Shown one piece after another: positions 1-8,241 of a DNA stretch of 64,000 nucleotides. Position numbers and translations under genes: made by a program. Each line of letters begins with the position of its first letter. Positions within the stretch are counted from its first letter, which is position 1. The stretch is from a virus: IMG/VR virus record IMGVR_UViG_3300037427_004270; one strand, written 5' to 3'. Below the pieces are notes generated by a model. It was not told where the DNA came from, ran no database searches, and saw nothing but the letters and a program-made list of their open reading frames with translations.

Positions 1-195
1 ATTACCGAAGCCAACGATAGTAGACTTGGCTGTCCTGAGACACTTTCTATCATCTTCGAAGGTGTGAATGAAGCCTGTCTTGACATAGTTGCTCCACTCA
101 CTGTGGTAAAAGCCATACTGGTCTGCTTGCGGCGTGTAGGCCGAGGCAAGGAATAGTATGGTTGCTGCAATGTATGCTTTCATCATCTTCCTCAT
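1..195 (-). CDS. Hypothetical secreted protein, runs off left edge
   Basis: Open frame from ATG at 195 to window edge (MRKMMKAYIAATILFLASAYTPQADQ...); signal-peptide-like N-terminus; ATGA overlap with upstream stop. Confidence 0.6.
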   Translation of the reverse strand, partial: MRKMMKAYIAATILFLASAYTPQADQYGFYHSEWSNYVKTGFIHTFEDDRKCLRTAKSTIVGFGN

Positions 196-410
196 CTTTC
201 CATGATGATAAAGGCTAGCATGGCCAAGTAGATAACTGTAAAGATGGCGTCTGTGCTCCTCTTAAACAAATAATATGTATAAAGCTTTAAGCCCGTCAAT
301 GTTAGCATGGCAAAGATGAATAGTTGCGTGTGCCCTGTGAACAAGGTTAGCAACATAGCAATGATGGCCATGAGTTGTAGGCGGTTTATTAGTGTTTCGT
401 TTATTTTCAT
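192..410 (-). CDS. Small membrane protein
   Basis: ORF with three hydrophobic stretches; AGGAG precedes ATG at 410. Confidence 0.6.
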   Translation of the reverse strand: MKINETLINRLQLMAIIAMLLTLFTGHTQLFIFAMLTLTGLKLYTYYLFKRSTDAIFTVIYLAMLAFIIMER

Positions 411-421
411 ATGTACTCCTG

Positions 422-694
422 TTACTTTACTGCCCGAAAAACATAGTCGGTTATCCACTTCGAGCAGGTTGGCCCTTCCTTGACAGCTATCTTCAAGAGG
501 CTACGGTAGTAGCTTTCAAGACTCTCATGATGCCATATGGACTTGCCTGTTCTATTCTTTTCACGCGAACATGAGCGGTGAAACTCTATCTTCTCTTGCA
601 AGAAGGATATATGTTCCTCGTAACCCTCACGCAATAGGGCTGTTCGCTCATCATATGATAAGGTATCTTCCATTTTATCTTCGCTATCTGACAT
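422..694 (-). CDS. Hypothetical protein
   Basis: 90-aa ORF with GAGG RBS, tiles with neighbours. Confidence 0.65.
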   Translation of the reverse strand: MSDSEDKMEDTLSYDERTALLREGYEEHISFLQEKIEFHRSCSREKNRTGKSIWHHESLESYYRSLLKIAVKEGPTCSKWITDYVFRAVK

Positions 695-710
695 ATTATG
701 CCTCTGTTTG

Positions 711-727
711 GAAAAAATTTGGGGCGA
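711..727 (-). repeat. Copy 1 of motif TCGCCCCAAATTTTTT(C)
   Basis: 16-nt identity to 26002-26018; both copies lie just upstream of a minus-strand start codon. Confidence 0.5.
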
Positions 728-833
728 AAAGCTTTTTAGTCTGAGGACAAAAGCTCCCTTGCCTCCAACATAATCTTTTCTGCCGCGATGAGAGCCACGA
801 CATACCCGGCGAGTGCTGTCTCGATGAGTGCCG

Positions 834-1136
834 TTAACATGCCATCATCCTCATTTTATTTTGACGTCTGGCTGCAGCCTCAATAACATTAAGACCGGCA
901 GAGATAGCTACGTTATCTCCCATCGGGTCGCGCAATTGAGCCTCAAGGCGAGCGTCAATGTAATCGGAGAGAGTGAAGCCAAGGTTTGTGAACATGTATT
1001 TCTCATCCTTCAGGCCTGAATAGTATTTATCGTGGTAGGTAAAATACTCCAAAAGGCTATCCCCTTGTTGTAATAGTTTTAACTTTTTTCTTTCCTGCTG
1101 ACTTTTTACGGGCAGCTTCTTTTTCTTAAAAGGCAT
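834..1136 (-). CDS. Hypothetical protein
   Basis: 100-aa ORF, GAGGAG RBS. Confidence 0.65.
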   Translation of the reverse strand: MPFKKKKLPVKSQQERKKLKLLQQGDSLLEYFTYHDKYYSGLKDEKYMFTNLGFTLSDYIDARLEAQLRDPMGDNVAISAGLNVIEAAARRQNKMRMMAC

Positions 1137-1153
1137 TTATACTCCTCTCAGTG

Positions 1154-1300
1154 TTAATAAAGAACAACAACACCAGTGGCGTGTAATACTGTAATGATGC
1201 CGAAGGCCGTTGCAGCTCCTCGCAAATACCATCGACTCAAGTCTGACAACGTGGCAAATAGCGCCATTGCCACTTTCTTTGTATCAATTTCTACGTTCAT
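1154..1300 (-). CDS. Small membrane protein (48 aa)
   Basis: MNVEIDTKKVAMALFATLSDLSRWYLRGAATAFGIITVLHATGVVVLY; ATGA overlap with upstream gene; below ORF-track cutoff. Confidence 0.5.
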   Translation of the reverse strand: MNVEIDTKKVAMALFATLSDLSRWYLRGAATAFGIITVLHATGVVVLY

Positions 1301-1524
1301 AACTTTGTACCATTCCTTTCGCAAACAAGATCAGTGTCGTGCTTTTTCTCGACAACACTTGTTGACATATAGTTAATTATGCCCTGCAAGGCATTAATTG
1401 AGGTTTTCATCTTCTTTTTGTGGTTATCATCAGCAGTGGTAAAGTGCTCAGAGCCTATTTCTTCGTGCATCTGTTTCAGAATTTCCTTAATCTGATCTTG
1501 ATATTTTATTAATGTCCTAAACAT
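1297..1524 (-). CDS. Hypothetical coiled-coil protein
   Basis: ORF with GGAG RBS before MFRTLIKY. Confidence 0.6.
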   Translation of the reverse strand: MFRTLIKYQDQIKEILKQMHEEIGSEHFTTADDNHKKKMKTSINALQGIINYMSTSVVEKKHDTDLVCERNGTKL

Positions 1525-1742
1525 TGCTGGCTCTCCTGAGTGGGTCTTGATATTAGTTCTAAGTCTTGGTATGGAACACACTTAACTGTCCCTATCTCGT
1601 CCTCGATGAAGGTGTCTAGCACATACACTAGGACAACTGCCTTGCCTCTCTTCTCCTCAACATCCTTTACTATACCCAATGGAATAGATTTTGGATACTT
1701 CGCATAACCAACAAGATCATTCTTTTCAAATTTATTAAACAT
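1509..1742 (-). CDS. Small KOW/SH3-like beta-barrel protein
   Basis: KNDLV...LGIV...VLVY pattern; directly downstream of a sigma70-like promoter. Confidence 0.55.
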   Translation of the reverse strand: MFNKFEKNDLVGYAKYPKSIPLGIVKDVEEKRGKAVVLVYVLDTFIEDEIGTVKCVPYQDLELISRPTQESQQCLGH

Positions 1743-1751
1743 ATTCTGTCC

Positions 1752-1780
1752 ATTCTATCACACTTTGGTAACATTGTAAA
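1752..1780 (-). promoter_or_regulatory. Sigma70-like promoter
   Basis: TTTACA-17-TAGAAT with TGn extension. Confidence 0.65.
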
Positions 1781-1783
1781 GCA

Positions 1784-1918
1784 TTATTCTTCTCTTACTT
1801 TTTCTCTGCAAATGTTACGGTTCTTTTCTTTCTTCTTGTCCTTGAATATTTGGTTCTTATGATCGTTCAACTTGGGGACAAGAGGGTTTCTTGGTAGTCT
1901 TTCTTTGCTTTTTGTCAT
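1784..1918 (-). CDS. Small basic protein (44 aa)
   Basis: MTKSKERLPRNPLVPKLNDHKNQIFKDKKKEKNRNICREKVREE; starts 2 nt after the IscA stop. Confidence 0.55.
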   Translation of the reverse strand: MTKSKERLPRNPLVPKLNDHKNQIFKDKKKEKNRNICREKVREE

Positions 1919-1920
1919 GA

Positions 1921-2256
1921 TCATACCCCGAAAGAACTTCCACAACCACACTTCTTCTTGGCGTTTGGATTTATAAACTGAAAGCCGCTGGCCATAAAGC
2001 TCGTTCCGTAGTCAAGCGTAGTCCCTTCTAGCACCACCGCACTGTAACCATCAACAACAACCTTTAAACCAGATACCTCTGTGATGTGATCGTGATCGAA
2101 ACTCTCGGTGTCTATCTCCAGCTTGTATTGAAGCCCGGAACAGCCGCCGCCCTGAATGGCTGCTCTAAGGAATGAACCTTCTTTGCCCTCTACTTCGATA
2201 GCTTCCTTGGCCTTCTCTATTGCGGCCTCAGTTAATGTCAGTGGGAAATTACTCAC
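1921..2256 (-). CDS. iscA: A-type Fe-S cluster carrier (IscA/HesB/ErpA family)
   Basis: LTLTEAAIEK, GGGCSGLQY and C-terminal CGCGSSF motifs. Confidence 0.92.
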   Translation of the reverse strand: MSNFPLTLTEAAIEKAKEAIEVEGKEGSFLRAAIQGGGCSGLQYKLEIDTESFDHDHITEVSGLKVVVDGYSAVVLEGTTLDYGTSFMASGFQFINPNAKKKCGCGSSFGV

Positions 2257-2440
2257 GCTCTTTCTTCCTCATTGCTGTTAAAAACAATTCTGCATGTGTT
2301 CGATATTTAAAGTCTGCTATGCTAGAATTATATATGTCTCCTGCAGAATCTGTCAACACTCGGTATACCGTATATCCACCGGGGCCAAATGTTGTGTTGT
2401 ACCCAAAAGTACCTGGCTTGTTTCCAACGTCATATTTCAT
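2249..2440 (-). CDS. Hypothetical protein
   Basis: 63-aa ORF overlapping the IscA start; GAGG RBS. Confidence 0.6.
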   Translation of the reverse strand: MKYDVGNKPGTFGYNTTFGPGGYTVYRVLTDSAGDIYNSSIADFKYRTHAELFLTAMRKKERE

Positions 2441-2548
2441 AACAAATACCTCATGGCGAATGCGTCAATATATAAACAAGAAGATTACAACCTGCTATCA
2501 AAAGAGTTATGTATAAAAAGATCGCGGCGTGTCCGTCCATACATATAA

Positions 2549-2866
2549 TTAGTACACTTCTTGGAATTCAAGAGTATCGTCCAAGTCAAGCTCTGGCGGC
2601 TCGTCACCCGGATCGATGGTTGCGTCAGCCGACAGAACCGCTGCACCATACTTCTTTGCTGCAGCAACCTTTGCTGCTCTGACAACTTCATTAACAGCAT
2701 AGTTCCTGTCCACTTCCACAACGATGTTGCAAAACTCGGGAAACCATTCGTCTCCCACGTTGTTCACAACTCCCGTCCTGCTTGCCCAAGTAATGTTTCT
2801 CAGAGTCACAACGTACTCTTTCTCCAGGGGCATATCAAATACATCAATTTTACTTGTCACGATCAT
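2549..2866 (-). CDS. Hypothetical protein
   Basis: ORF with GGAG RBS before MIVTSK; acidic C-terminus. Confidence 0.6.
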   Translation of the reverse strand: MIVTSKIDVFDMPLEKEYVVTLRNITWASRTGVVNNVGDEWFPEFCNIVVEVDRNYAVNEVVRAAKVAAAKKYGAAVLSADATIDPGDEPPELDLDDTLEFQEVY

Positions 2867-2980
2867 ACTCCATAGTTTTGCAAATACAAATATAAAACAA
2901 CATTCCAACTATTATCCATTCCATACTAAACCTCTATTCCGTATAACATCAATATAAAATAATAAATGAACACCAAGAAC

Positions 2981-3319
2981 TCATACATCCTTCGATTCTC
3001 CACCTTCTTCTGCGACAGGCTCAACCTCGGTGATGTAAGACGTCAAGTACTCAGTCATTATCGTCTTTCCTGGTTGCACTTGCCAACACACTCTAACACC
3101 TTCTGGCATCTCTTCGTAACTGTCTCCTCCCCAGCCGCCCATTGAAATACCAGTCTTAATAACAATCCCAATCCACTTGTCCGTGTGAGGCCCATACCAA
3201 TATTCCATGTCACTCATGTTCGCCGGGCCAGGGGCACTCTGCCTCTCAGACAGGCTCATCTCGTAAAAGCGGCGCTTGAAGCGAACCAAGTCTCCCACTT
3301 TAGGCTTGTACTCCATCAT
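2981..3319 (-). CDS. KOW/SH3-like beta-barrel protein
   Basis: KVGDLVRF...IGIVI...VRVCW pattern; ATGA overlap with upstream gene. Confidence 0.6.
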   Translation of the reverse strand: MMEYKPKVGDLVRFKRRFYEMSLSERQSAPGPANMSDMEYWYGPHTDKWIGIVIKTGISMGGWGGDSYEEMPEGVRVCWQVQPGKTIMTEYLTSYITEVEPVAEEGGESKDV

Positions 3320-3687
3320 GAGCCCCATCGGTTCTCATCACTAATAAGCTTCCACCAGTCTGACCTCTTGGTCACACCACGAATGTGCTTATGACGGATA
3401 AAGAACCGTCGGTACATGCCTTTTCGACCCTCGGTAGGGAGGAAGGTGCAGTGGTTCTCAGGAACCAACACTAAGCAGCCCCTTGGGGTTGCTGCAAAGC
3501 TATTGTCGTTAACGACCTCCGCCAAAATATGAGGATCAACCTCCCTCTCACCCGCTTTACGGATGAACTTAGGCTTAGTGCCATGTACGTCTACGAGCTT
3601 AATGCACTCGATAGACGAGCCGTCAGGACGCATATCGCCCATGATCTTTTCTACCATATCTCTAGCTAAGAAGTCTGCTGCTCTCAT
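3316..3687 (-). CDS. Hypothetical protein
   Basis: 123-aa ORF, GGAGG RBS. Confidence 0.65.
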   Translation of the reverse strand: MRAADFLARDMVEKIMGDMRPDGSSIECIKLVDVHGTKPKFIRKAGEREVDPHILAEVVNDNSFAATPRGCLVLVPENHCTFLPTEGRKGMYRRFFIRHKHIRGVTKRSDWWKLISDENRWGS

Positions 3688-3696
3688 AATATCCTC

Positions 3697-3909
3697 CTAT
3701 GACTCAATGGTGGTTTCGTAATAAGCATCATCATCATCTGTGATGCGAATGGTACATTGGGAATGCTCCGATGCTACCTCCCTGGCAAGTGATAGTGCCT
3801 CTTCTTCTGAGGCGATATCCTCTTTCAAAACTTCCCAAGATGGGTCATCAGATAGTCGCCCATTGGTGGATGCCCAAGGGCAATACTTGATACCTACTTT
3901 ATATGCCAT
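3697..3909 (-). CDS. Hypothetical protein
   Basis: 70-aa ORF, AGGAG RBS. Confidence 0.65.
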   Translation of the reverse strand: MAYKVGIKYCPWASTNGRLSDDPSWEVLKEDIASEEEALSLAREVASEHSQCTIRITDDDDAYYETTIES

Positions 3910-4060
3910 GACATCTCCTTAAAGAGTCTGTTGTCGCTTGTCGCCTTCGACTCGCTTTTTGATAACCTTTTTGTACGCATATTCCATTATTTTAAAAAAC
4001 TGTTCTTCAGTTACATTTAAAGACTTGCATACTAATTCTAATTCTTCTTGGTCTGTCATT

Positions 4061-4258
4061 TTATTCTCCTGCAGCTACTTCAATGTAGCCCTGATTGATG
4101 AGCATTTCTGCGTGTCTCTGATAGCTTCCCTGTAGTGAGTTCAGGATGTTGAGGTCAACGAGTTCCTGGAAAAGGTCTACGACCTCTCCTTCGTCTAGTC
4201 GCCCTTCTTCATACGCCATGATCTTGTCCACAATGCTATGATATTTTCTCAAGTTCAT
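4061..4258 (-). CDS. Conserved small phage protein
   Basis: IMAYEEGRL...LFQELVD...LQGSYQRHAEMLI pattern recalled from phage hypothetical proteins. Confidence 0.6.
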   Translation of the reverse strand: MNLRKYHSIVDKIMAYEEGRLDEGEVVDLFQELVDLNILNSLQGSYQRHAEMLINQGYIEVAAGE

Positions 4259-4352
4259 TATATCACTTCCCCTTCTTTATGTCAAATTTATTATCTATCC
4301 GGCATTTTCCGTAGTACATGATCCCTATCCAAATAGAGAACAAGATACCATC

Positions 4353-4381
4353 AGTATACGTCAATTCGTGCCATACGTCAA
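4353..4381 (-). promoter_or_regulatory. Sigma70-like promoter
   Basis: TTGACG-17-TATACT; contains a 9-nt direct repeat (atacgtcaa on + strand). Confidence 0.7.
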
Positions 4382-4390
4382 GGAAATTCA

Positions 4391-4690
4391 TTAGTTGATC
4401 TTCTTTTTGTCAATGGCGAACTCGCCAAAAGCAGTGTATTCATTGCTCCTTTGAGGCAACATTGGGCTTGAAGCCTTTGCCAAGTCTTGGTATACATCGA
4501 ATTCAAACCTCTCATCTCGCATGGGACTGAAGGCTCTCAAGAGGTATTTAATGAAGTCATACTTGAGATCGATATACTCTGACTTCAACTTGTATGCGTC
4601 TTCTGGGCTCATTCTATCTTGTGCTGCGAGCAACTTGTGCTCAAAGCGGTTAAGAGTTTCGTTTAATTCTACTTCCATTTTGTTTTTCAT
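4391..4690 (-). CDS. Hypothetical protein
   Basis: 99-aa ORF, AGGAG RBS. Confidence 0.65.
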   Translation of the reverse strand: MKNKMEVELNETLNRFEHKLLAAQDRMSPEDAYKLKSEYIDLKYDFIKYLLRAFSPMRDERFEFDVYQDLAKASSPMLPQRSNEYTAFGEFAIDKKKIN

Positions 4691-4698
4691 ATTATCTC

Positions 4699-4917
4699 CT
4701 ATTGAATTTTGTTTAATTTTCTAACGTCAAACCATGTTTTCATGCTCACCCGATGGGCTCCGCTATCATTAAGCCAAAAGACTTGTGCAACGCGCTCCAC
4801 TTGGTCTGAACTTAGCTCTTTCATCTCGCGCACGATACCCATTAAAGGCGGGTATCCGTACTTCTCCTGCTTTGCTGATAAGCCATCGTGAGTCACTGTA
4901 TCGCCTACTTTGATCAT
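4699..4917 (-). CDS. KOW/SH3-like beta-barrel protein
   Basis: MIKVGDTV...MGIV...AQVFW pattern. Confidence 0.55.
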   Translation of the reverse strand: MIKVGDTVTHDGLSAKQEKYGYPPLMGIVREMKELSSDQVERVAQVFWLNDSGAHRVSMKTWFDVRKLNKIQ

Positions 4918-4918
4918 T

Positions 4919-5179
4919 TTAATACTCCCCCACATCTGCGTCAAAGCACCATTTTTCAATCTTAGCCTCTTCAAAGAGATCATCTTGGCAGGACTGGCAA
5001 AGGCCAGAAATTTCAAACTCCTTAGCATCCGCATTAGTGCGGAATTTGGTCACAGGCATGCCGCAACCAATGGGTGCGGATACGCAAACCTCATCAAGAA
5101 TGGCTTGCTCGCGGTTAACGCCGAACGTGGCCTTGAGATGGTTGTCAATACGGGGGCTTTTAATAGTTGGAATAAGCAT
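4919..5179 (-). CDS. Small Cys-rich (Zn-binding) protein
   Basis: CVSAPIGCG...EFEISGLCQSCQD; GGAG RBS. Confidence 0.65.
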   Translation of the reverse strand: MLIPTIKSPRIDNHLKATFGVNREQAILDEVCVSAPIGCGMPVTKFRTNADAKEFEISGLCQSCQDDLFEEAKIEKWCFDADVGEY

Positions 5180-5190
5180 AGTGTCTCCTT

Positions 5191-5424
5191 TTAGTCTCGA
5201 TAACAGCCATAGTCCCAAGCATCTGGGCTAGACTTTTCAATCTTGTGGTCATAAGTAACGCGAGCGAGCTGCAGAATGCGGTCGCGGCTTTCATCATCGA
5301 GTTCCCCCAAGTCAGAAAGAAAGCTCAAAAAGTCAATATCTGCAAAAGAGTTCACAGACTTTTTGAGGTGTTGTTCGGTTGCGCTCATGCGCTCTTCAAG
5401 ATATAATTCGTGTGCTGTTTTCAT
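5191..5424 (-). CDS. Hypothetical protein
   Basis: 77-aa ORF, AGGAG RBS. Confidence 0.65.
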   Translation of the reverse strand: MKTAHELYLEERMSATEQHLKKSVNSFADIDFLSFLSDLGELDDESRDRILQLARVTYDHKIEKSSPDAWDYGCYRD

Positions 5425-5433
5425 TCGAGTCTC

Positions 5434-5679
5434 CTATAAAGAAAATACTGCTGATACTTCGTTGTTAATTGCTTCTACATAATGCATGCCAGGTAGCTCG
5501 TTAGACACTTGTCCCCACTCAGTAAGACGGCTAACAGAAGGCATACCATTGGTATGGTATATAATAACCTCAGCGGAGGGTGCCCACTCGCCGGGGTCTT
5601 CGCTTGCAGGGCAAATGCACTGTGGATTGACCGTCATGCAGAATACTTTTTCAATTGCTTTTGTTACTTGATGTTCCAT
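5434..5679 (-). CDS. Hypothetical protein
   Basis: 81-aa ORF, GGAG RBS. Confidence 0.6.
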   Translation of the reverse strand: MEHQVTKAIEKVFCMTVNPQCICPASEDPGEWAPSAEVIIYHTNGMPSVSRLTEWGQVSNELPGMHYVEAINNEVSAVFSL

Positions 5680-5682
5680 ATC

Positions 5683-5943
5683 TTACTCTCCTTCTGTTAA
5701 TAGTGTTTCTTCAACTTCATCAACCGGAATCCAGCCGAACCATCGAGGGTATTTTGCCTGCTTGGGATCTCTCTCTAGGCTGCAAAATGCCTGACACTTG
5801 CGGCCCTTGAACCCAAAGACGTTTTCTGAAAACTCGTCTCCACGGTTGCCAATTGGCCCTTCTTCCTCTGAGAAGGGGATGATAGTATGCTCCCTGAAGC
5901 GGTTCTTTGTTCGCTTGGTTGCGTTTTTGCTAGGCTTAAACAT
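5683..5943 (-). CDS. Hypothetical protein
   Basis: Start MFKPSK via TAATG coupling, GGAG RBS. Confidence 0.6.
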   Translation of the reverse strand: MFKPSKNATKRTKNRFREHTIIPFSEEEGPIGNRGDEFSENVFGFKGRKCQAFCSLERDPKQAKYPRWFGWIPVDEVEETLLTEGE

Positions 5944-5960
5944 TATTGTTGCTCCTGTTC
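5941..5960 (-). repeat. Gene-junction direct repeat, copy 1
   Basis: cattattgttgctcctgttc versus cattattgttgttcctgttc at 6385-6404 (19/20 identical). Confidence 0.7.
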
Positions 5961-6164
5961 CAAAAGGTCGTCGTAACAACCACCATGTTGATCAAAAATT
6001 TGGTCTTTCAATTGCTCAAGTGTATACTCGGTGTAAAATTGCTGATGAAGTGTTTCTATTGCCATCGTAACAAGGGTATCCATATCCATATCATCAACTA
6101 AGCGGGTCGCATAGTTTTCTGCTAAAGTGTTGTGTGTCATTTTGTCGCTTGAGTTATTAACCAT
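5943..6164 (-). CDS. Hypothetical acidic protein
   Basis: 73-aa ORF ending EQEQQ. Confidence 0.6.
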   Translation of the reverse strand: MVNNSSDKMTHNTLAENYATRLVDDMDMDTLVTMAIETLHQQFYTEYTLEQLKDQIFDQHGGCYDDLLEQEQQ

Positions 6165-6387
6165 TGATAATATCCTTCGAGTTAAAGAGTTTAGATGGGC
6201 ATTCGCTCATAACAATTGTTTGAATGCGAGGCTTTGTGATACCAAAGTTCTTAACAAGCTCATCGCGGGTGGCGTGTGCCTGTGTTGATGAGTTAATTCG
6301 AGTACACAAAAGCGACTCTTCAATACCATCGGGGATAATACCCCAAATTGCATATTCTACTTCACTGGTTATATCTTTATCGTTCAT
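6157..6387 (-). CDS. Hypothetical protein
   Basis: 76-aa ORF, TAATG coupling. Confidence 0.6.
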   Translation of the reverse strand: MNDKDITSEVEYAIWGIIPDGIEESLLCTRINSSTQAHATRDELVKNFGITKPRIQTIVMSECPSKLFNSKDIING

Positions 6388-6404
6388 TATTGTTGTTCCT
6401 GTTC
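6385..6404 (-). repeat. Gene-junction direct repeat, copy 2
   Basis: 19/20 identical to 5941-5960; spans RBS, stop and start. Confidence 0.7.
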
Positions 6405-6725
6405 TACTGCCATTCGTGCTGCTGTTTTCAAAATACTTACCAAACCCGCTTGTGTTGGGAAGTCTTCAACCATGTCCCATTCAAATTTATTGGGCAAGAA
6501 GCCATTAACGCTTGCGGTTGCGGCTGCATTGTCCCACTTCTGCAGCGAGATATGATTGAAGTGTCCGTCATTGCGAGTATCGGACAACCACTTAGTGGTA
6601 AATACATCTTTTACAAATTCAACCAAAGCAGGTTTAACCAATTGACGATAGTATGTCTGATGATCTATCGAGCTTCTAAGATAGTCGCTTCTGGTATAAA
6701 TGAATGGTTTTAAGATATTCGGCAT
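6387..6725 (-). CDS. Hypothetical protein
   Basis: 112-aa ORF ending EQEQQ; AGGAG RBS. Confidence 0.65.
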   Translation of the reverse strand: MPNILKPFIYTRSDYLRSSIDHQTYYRQLVKPALVEFVKDVFTTKWLSDTRNDGHFNHISLQKWDNAAATASVNGFLPNKFEWDMVEDFPTQAGLVSILKTAARMAVEQEQQ

Positions 6726-6734
6726 AATAAACTC

Positions 6735-6932
6735 CTATTGGCTTTCGGTGAATTGGTCATAAGATGCAGACTTTTCTGATGCTTTGTAACCATTGTTATA
6801 TCCATGCTCAAATGCGGCGCGGTTTGTATCAAATATTCTTTTATAATAAGAACCATTAATATCCTTATATACGCCCAAGACCTTCGAACGATCTCCAACG
6901 GTTGTTACATACGTTTTGAACTCTTTCATCAT
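6735..6932 (-). CDS. Hypothetical protein
   Basis: 65-aa ORF, first gene after a promoter. Confidence 0.6.
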   Translation of the reverse strand: MMKEFKTYVTTVGDRSKVLGVYKDINGSYYKRIFDTNRAAFEHGYNNGYKASEKSASYDQFTESQ

Positions 6933-6964
6933 TTTTGTTTCCTTTGCCTCTTTAAGATGTACCC

Positions 6965-6992
6965 ATTATACCAAGCCTGACAGAAATAGCAA
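6965..6992 (-). promoter_or_regulatory. Sigma70-like promoter
   Basis: TTGCTA-16-TATAAT with TGn extension, heading the small-ORF run. Confidence 0.65.
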
Positions 6993-7026
6993 GGCTTTTT
7001 TCATCTTTTTTTCTCTTTAATTCCGG

Positions 7027-7184
7027 CAACTTACGCAAAAAGCGACAATCAGGTACTTACGCGCATTTGCTTGACTTGTGGCCACTTTCAGGTACTTACG
7101 TGGATCTGCTTTTGGGGGTAGATCCATCGGCATGTCGCACATACAAAAAAACCCCCTAAAAACAGGGGGTTACGTAAGTACTTG
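7027..7184. repeat. Intergenic cluster of CARGTACTTACG motifs with hairpins
   Basis: caggtacttacg at 7050-7061 and 7089-7100, inverted caagtacttacg at 7173-7184, partial caacttacg at 7027-7035; hairpins tggatct...agatcca and accccct-aaaaac-agggggt. Confidence 0.75.
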
Positions 7185-7187
7185 TAT

Positions 7188-7493
7188 TCATTGAAGTTTT
7201 CTCTTCCAGTGTTCTATGGTCTTGACCTTCTTGCCCACCGGACAGATCTCGTATGTTCCACCGTTAAAGGCCGTCATAACAAAACGTATGCCCTTAACAT
7301 TCACAAGGATCTTCCTCTCCCACATATCAACATCTTCCACCACCGCTATGCGACAATGGAAAGCGTGAACAAATGCATCAATATACTTTTCCACCTGTGG
7401 CAGTGTCGGAACCTTTGCTACTATCGGCAAAGATACAATAGCAAAGGAAAAGACACACCCCAGAAAAAAGCTTAGCACATTGCCTCGGCTCAC
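7188..7493 (-). CDS. Hypothetical membrane-anchored protein
   Basis: N-terminal hydrophobic helix; GTGA overlap. Confidence 0.6.
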   Translation of the reverse strand: MSRGNVLSFFLGCVFSFAIVSLPIVAKVPTLPQVEKYIDAFVHAFHCRIAVVEDVDMWERKILVNVKGIRFVMTAFNGGTYEICPVGKKVKTIEHWKRKLQ

Positions 7494-7780
7494 ACATCCC
7501 CAGCCTTTGCTGATGCGGCGTACTCATTGAACCTTTCGATGATCTGCTCAAAAGTTGCCTTGTCTTTTAAAGAAAAGCTGGTTGTCACAAAACGAATGTC
7601 CACATTCTCTGTGTCAATCGCTGTGTTTCCTTCTTCATCTTCTTTCAGAACTTGCTTGGGTAGGTAGAATTCGTTTACTCCCTCTGGTTTTAAAACAATA
7701 ACATAGTCTTCACTATCGTTGATGTTATATTTGTCTTCCATTTCGATATTGCCCTTCATTGCTTCTTCTTTTTTTGTCAT
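7490..7780 (-). CDS. Hypothetical acidic protein
   Basis: AAGGA RBS before MTKKEE. Confidence 0.6.
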   Translation of the reverse strand: MTKKEEAMKGNIEMEDKYNINDSEDYVIVLKPEGVNEFYLPKQVLKEDEEGNTAIDTENVDIRFVTTSFSLKDKATFEQIIERFNEYAASAKAGDV

Positions 7781-7802
7781 TCGACTTCCTTTCGTTTTTA
7801 TC

Positions 7803-8030
7803 TTAATTGTAATAGGCAAAAGAGTCAGAACTCTTTCGCTTTCTTAGGCGAGTTTCTTTCTCCACAACGACGAGTGCTTTGCGAACTTCGGTCAGAGAAG
7901 CTGATGGCATCTCTTGTCTCTCAAGGATGTCGTTTACCTCTTCTCTTATCTGTCTTGCTGTTTTGAAGTGTATGTACGACAGAACGTCGATCACACACAA
8001 TTCTATTTCTTTTCTCTCTGCTTTGGTCAT
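7803..8030 (-). CDS. Small helical, possibly winged-HTH protein
   Basis: KTARQIREEV...SLTEVRKALVVV pattern; GGAGG RBS. Confidence 0.5.
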   Translation of the reverse strand: MTKAERKEIELCVIDVLSYIHFKTARQIREEVNDILERQEMPSASLTEVRKALVVVEKETRLRKRKSSDSFAYYN

Positions 8031-8044
8031 AGGGCCTCCTCCCA

Positions 8045-8239
8045 TTATCCAAGAACTTTGACTAAAAATGTAACGTCGATATAATTGCTTATTAATACTT
8101 TATCACATAAAGAAGAAACTTTAATATATTTTCTTTGCATGGTGCCATAATCTATGGTTTTTATCTTTTCTTCTAGTATTATGACGACGGAGCCATCAAC
8201 TAAAGAGACGAGCTCACCTCTCTTGTATCGAGCTTCCAC
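8045..8239 (-). CDS. KOW/SH3-like small protein
   Basis: YKRGELVSL...VVIILE pattern. Confidence 0.55.
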   Translation of the reverse strand: MEARYKRGELVSLVDGSVVIILEEKIKTIDYGTMQRKYIKVSSLCDKVLISNYIDVTFLVKVLG

Positions 8240-8241
8240 AA

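Noticed and set aside
7027-7184. Possible CRISPR mini-array
   Set aside because: The repeats are only 12 nt, one is inverted, spacing is irregular, and no cas gene is present
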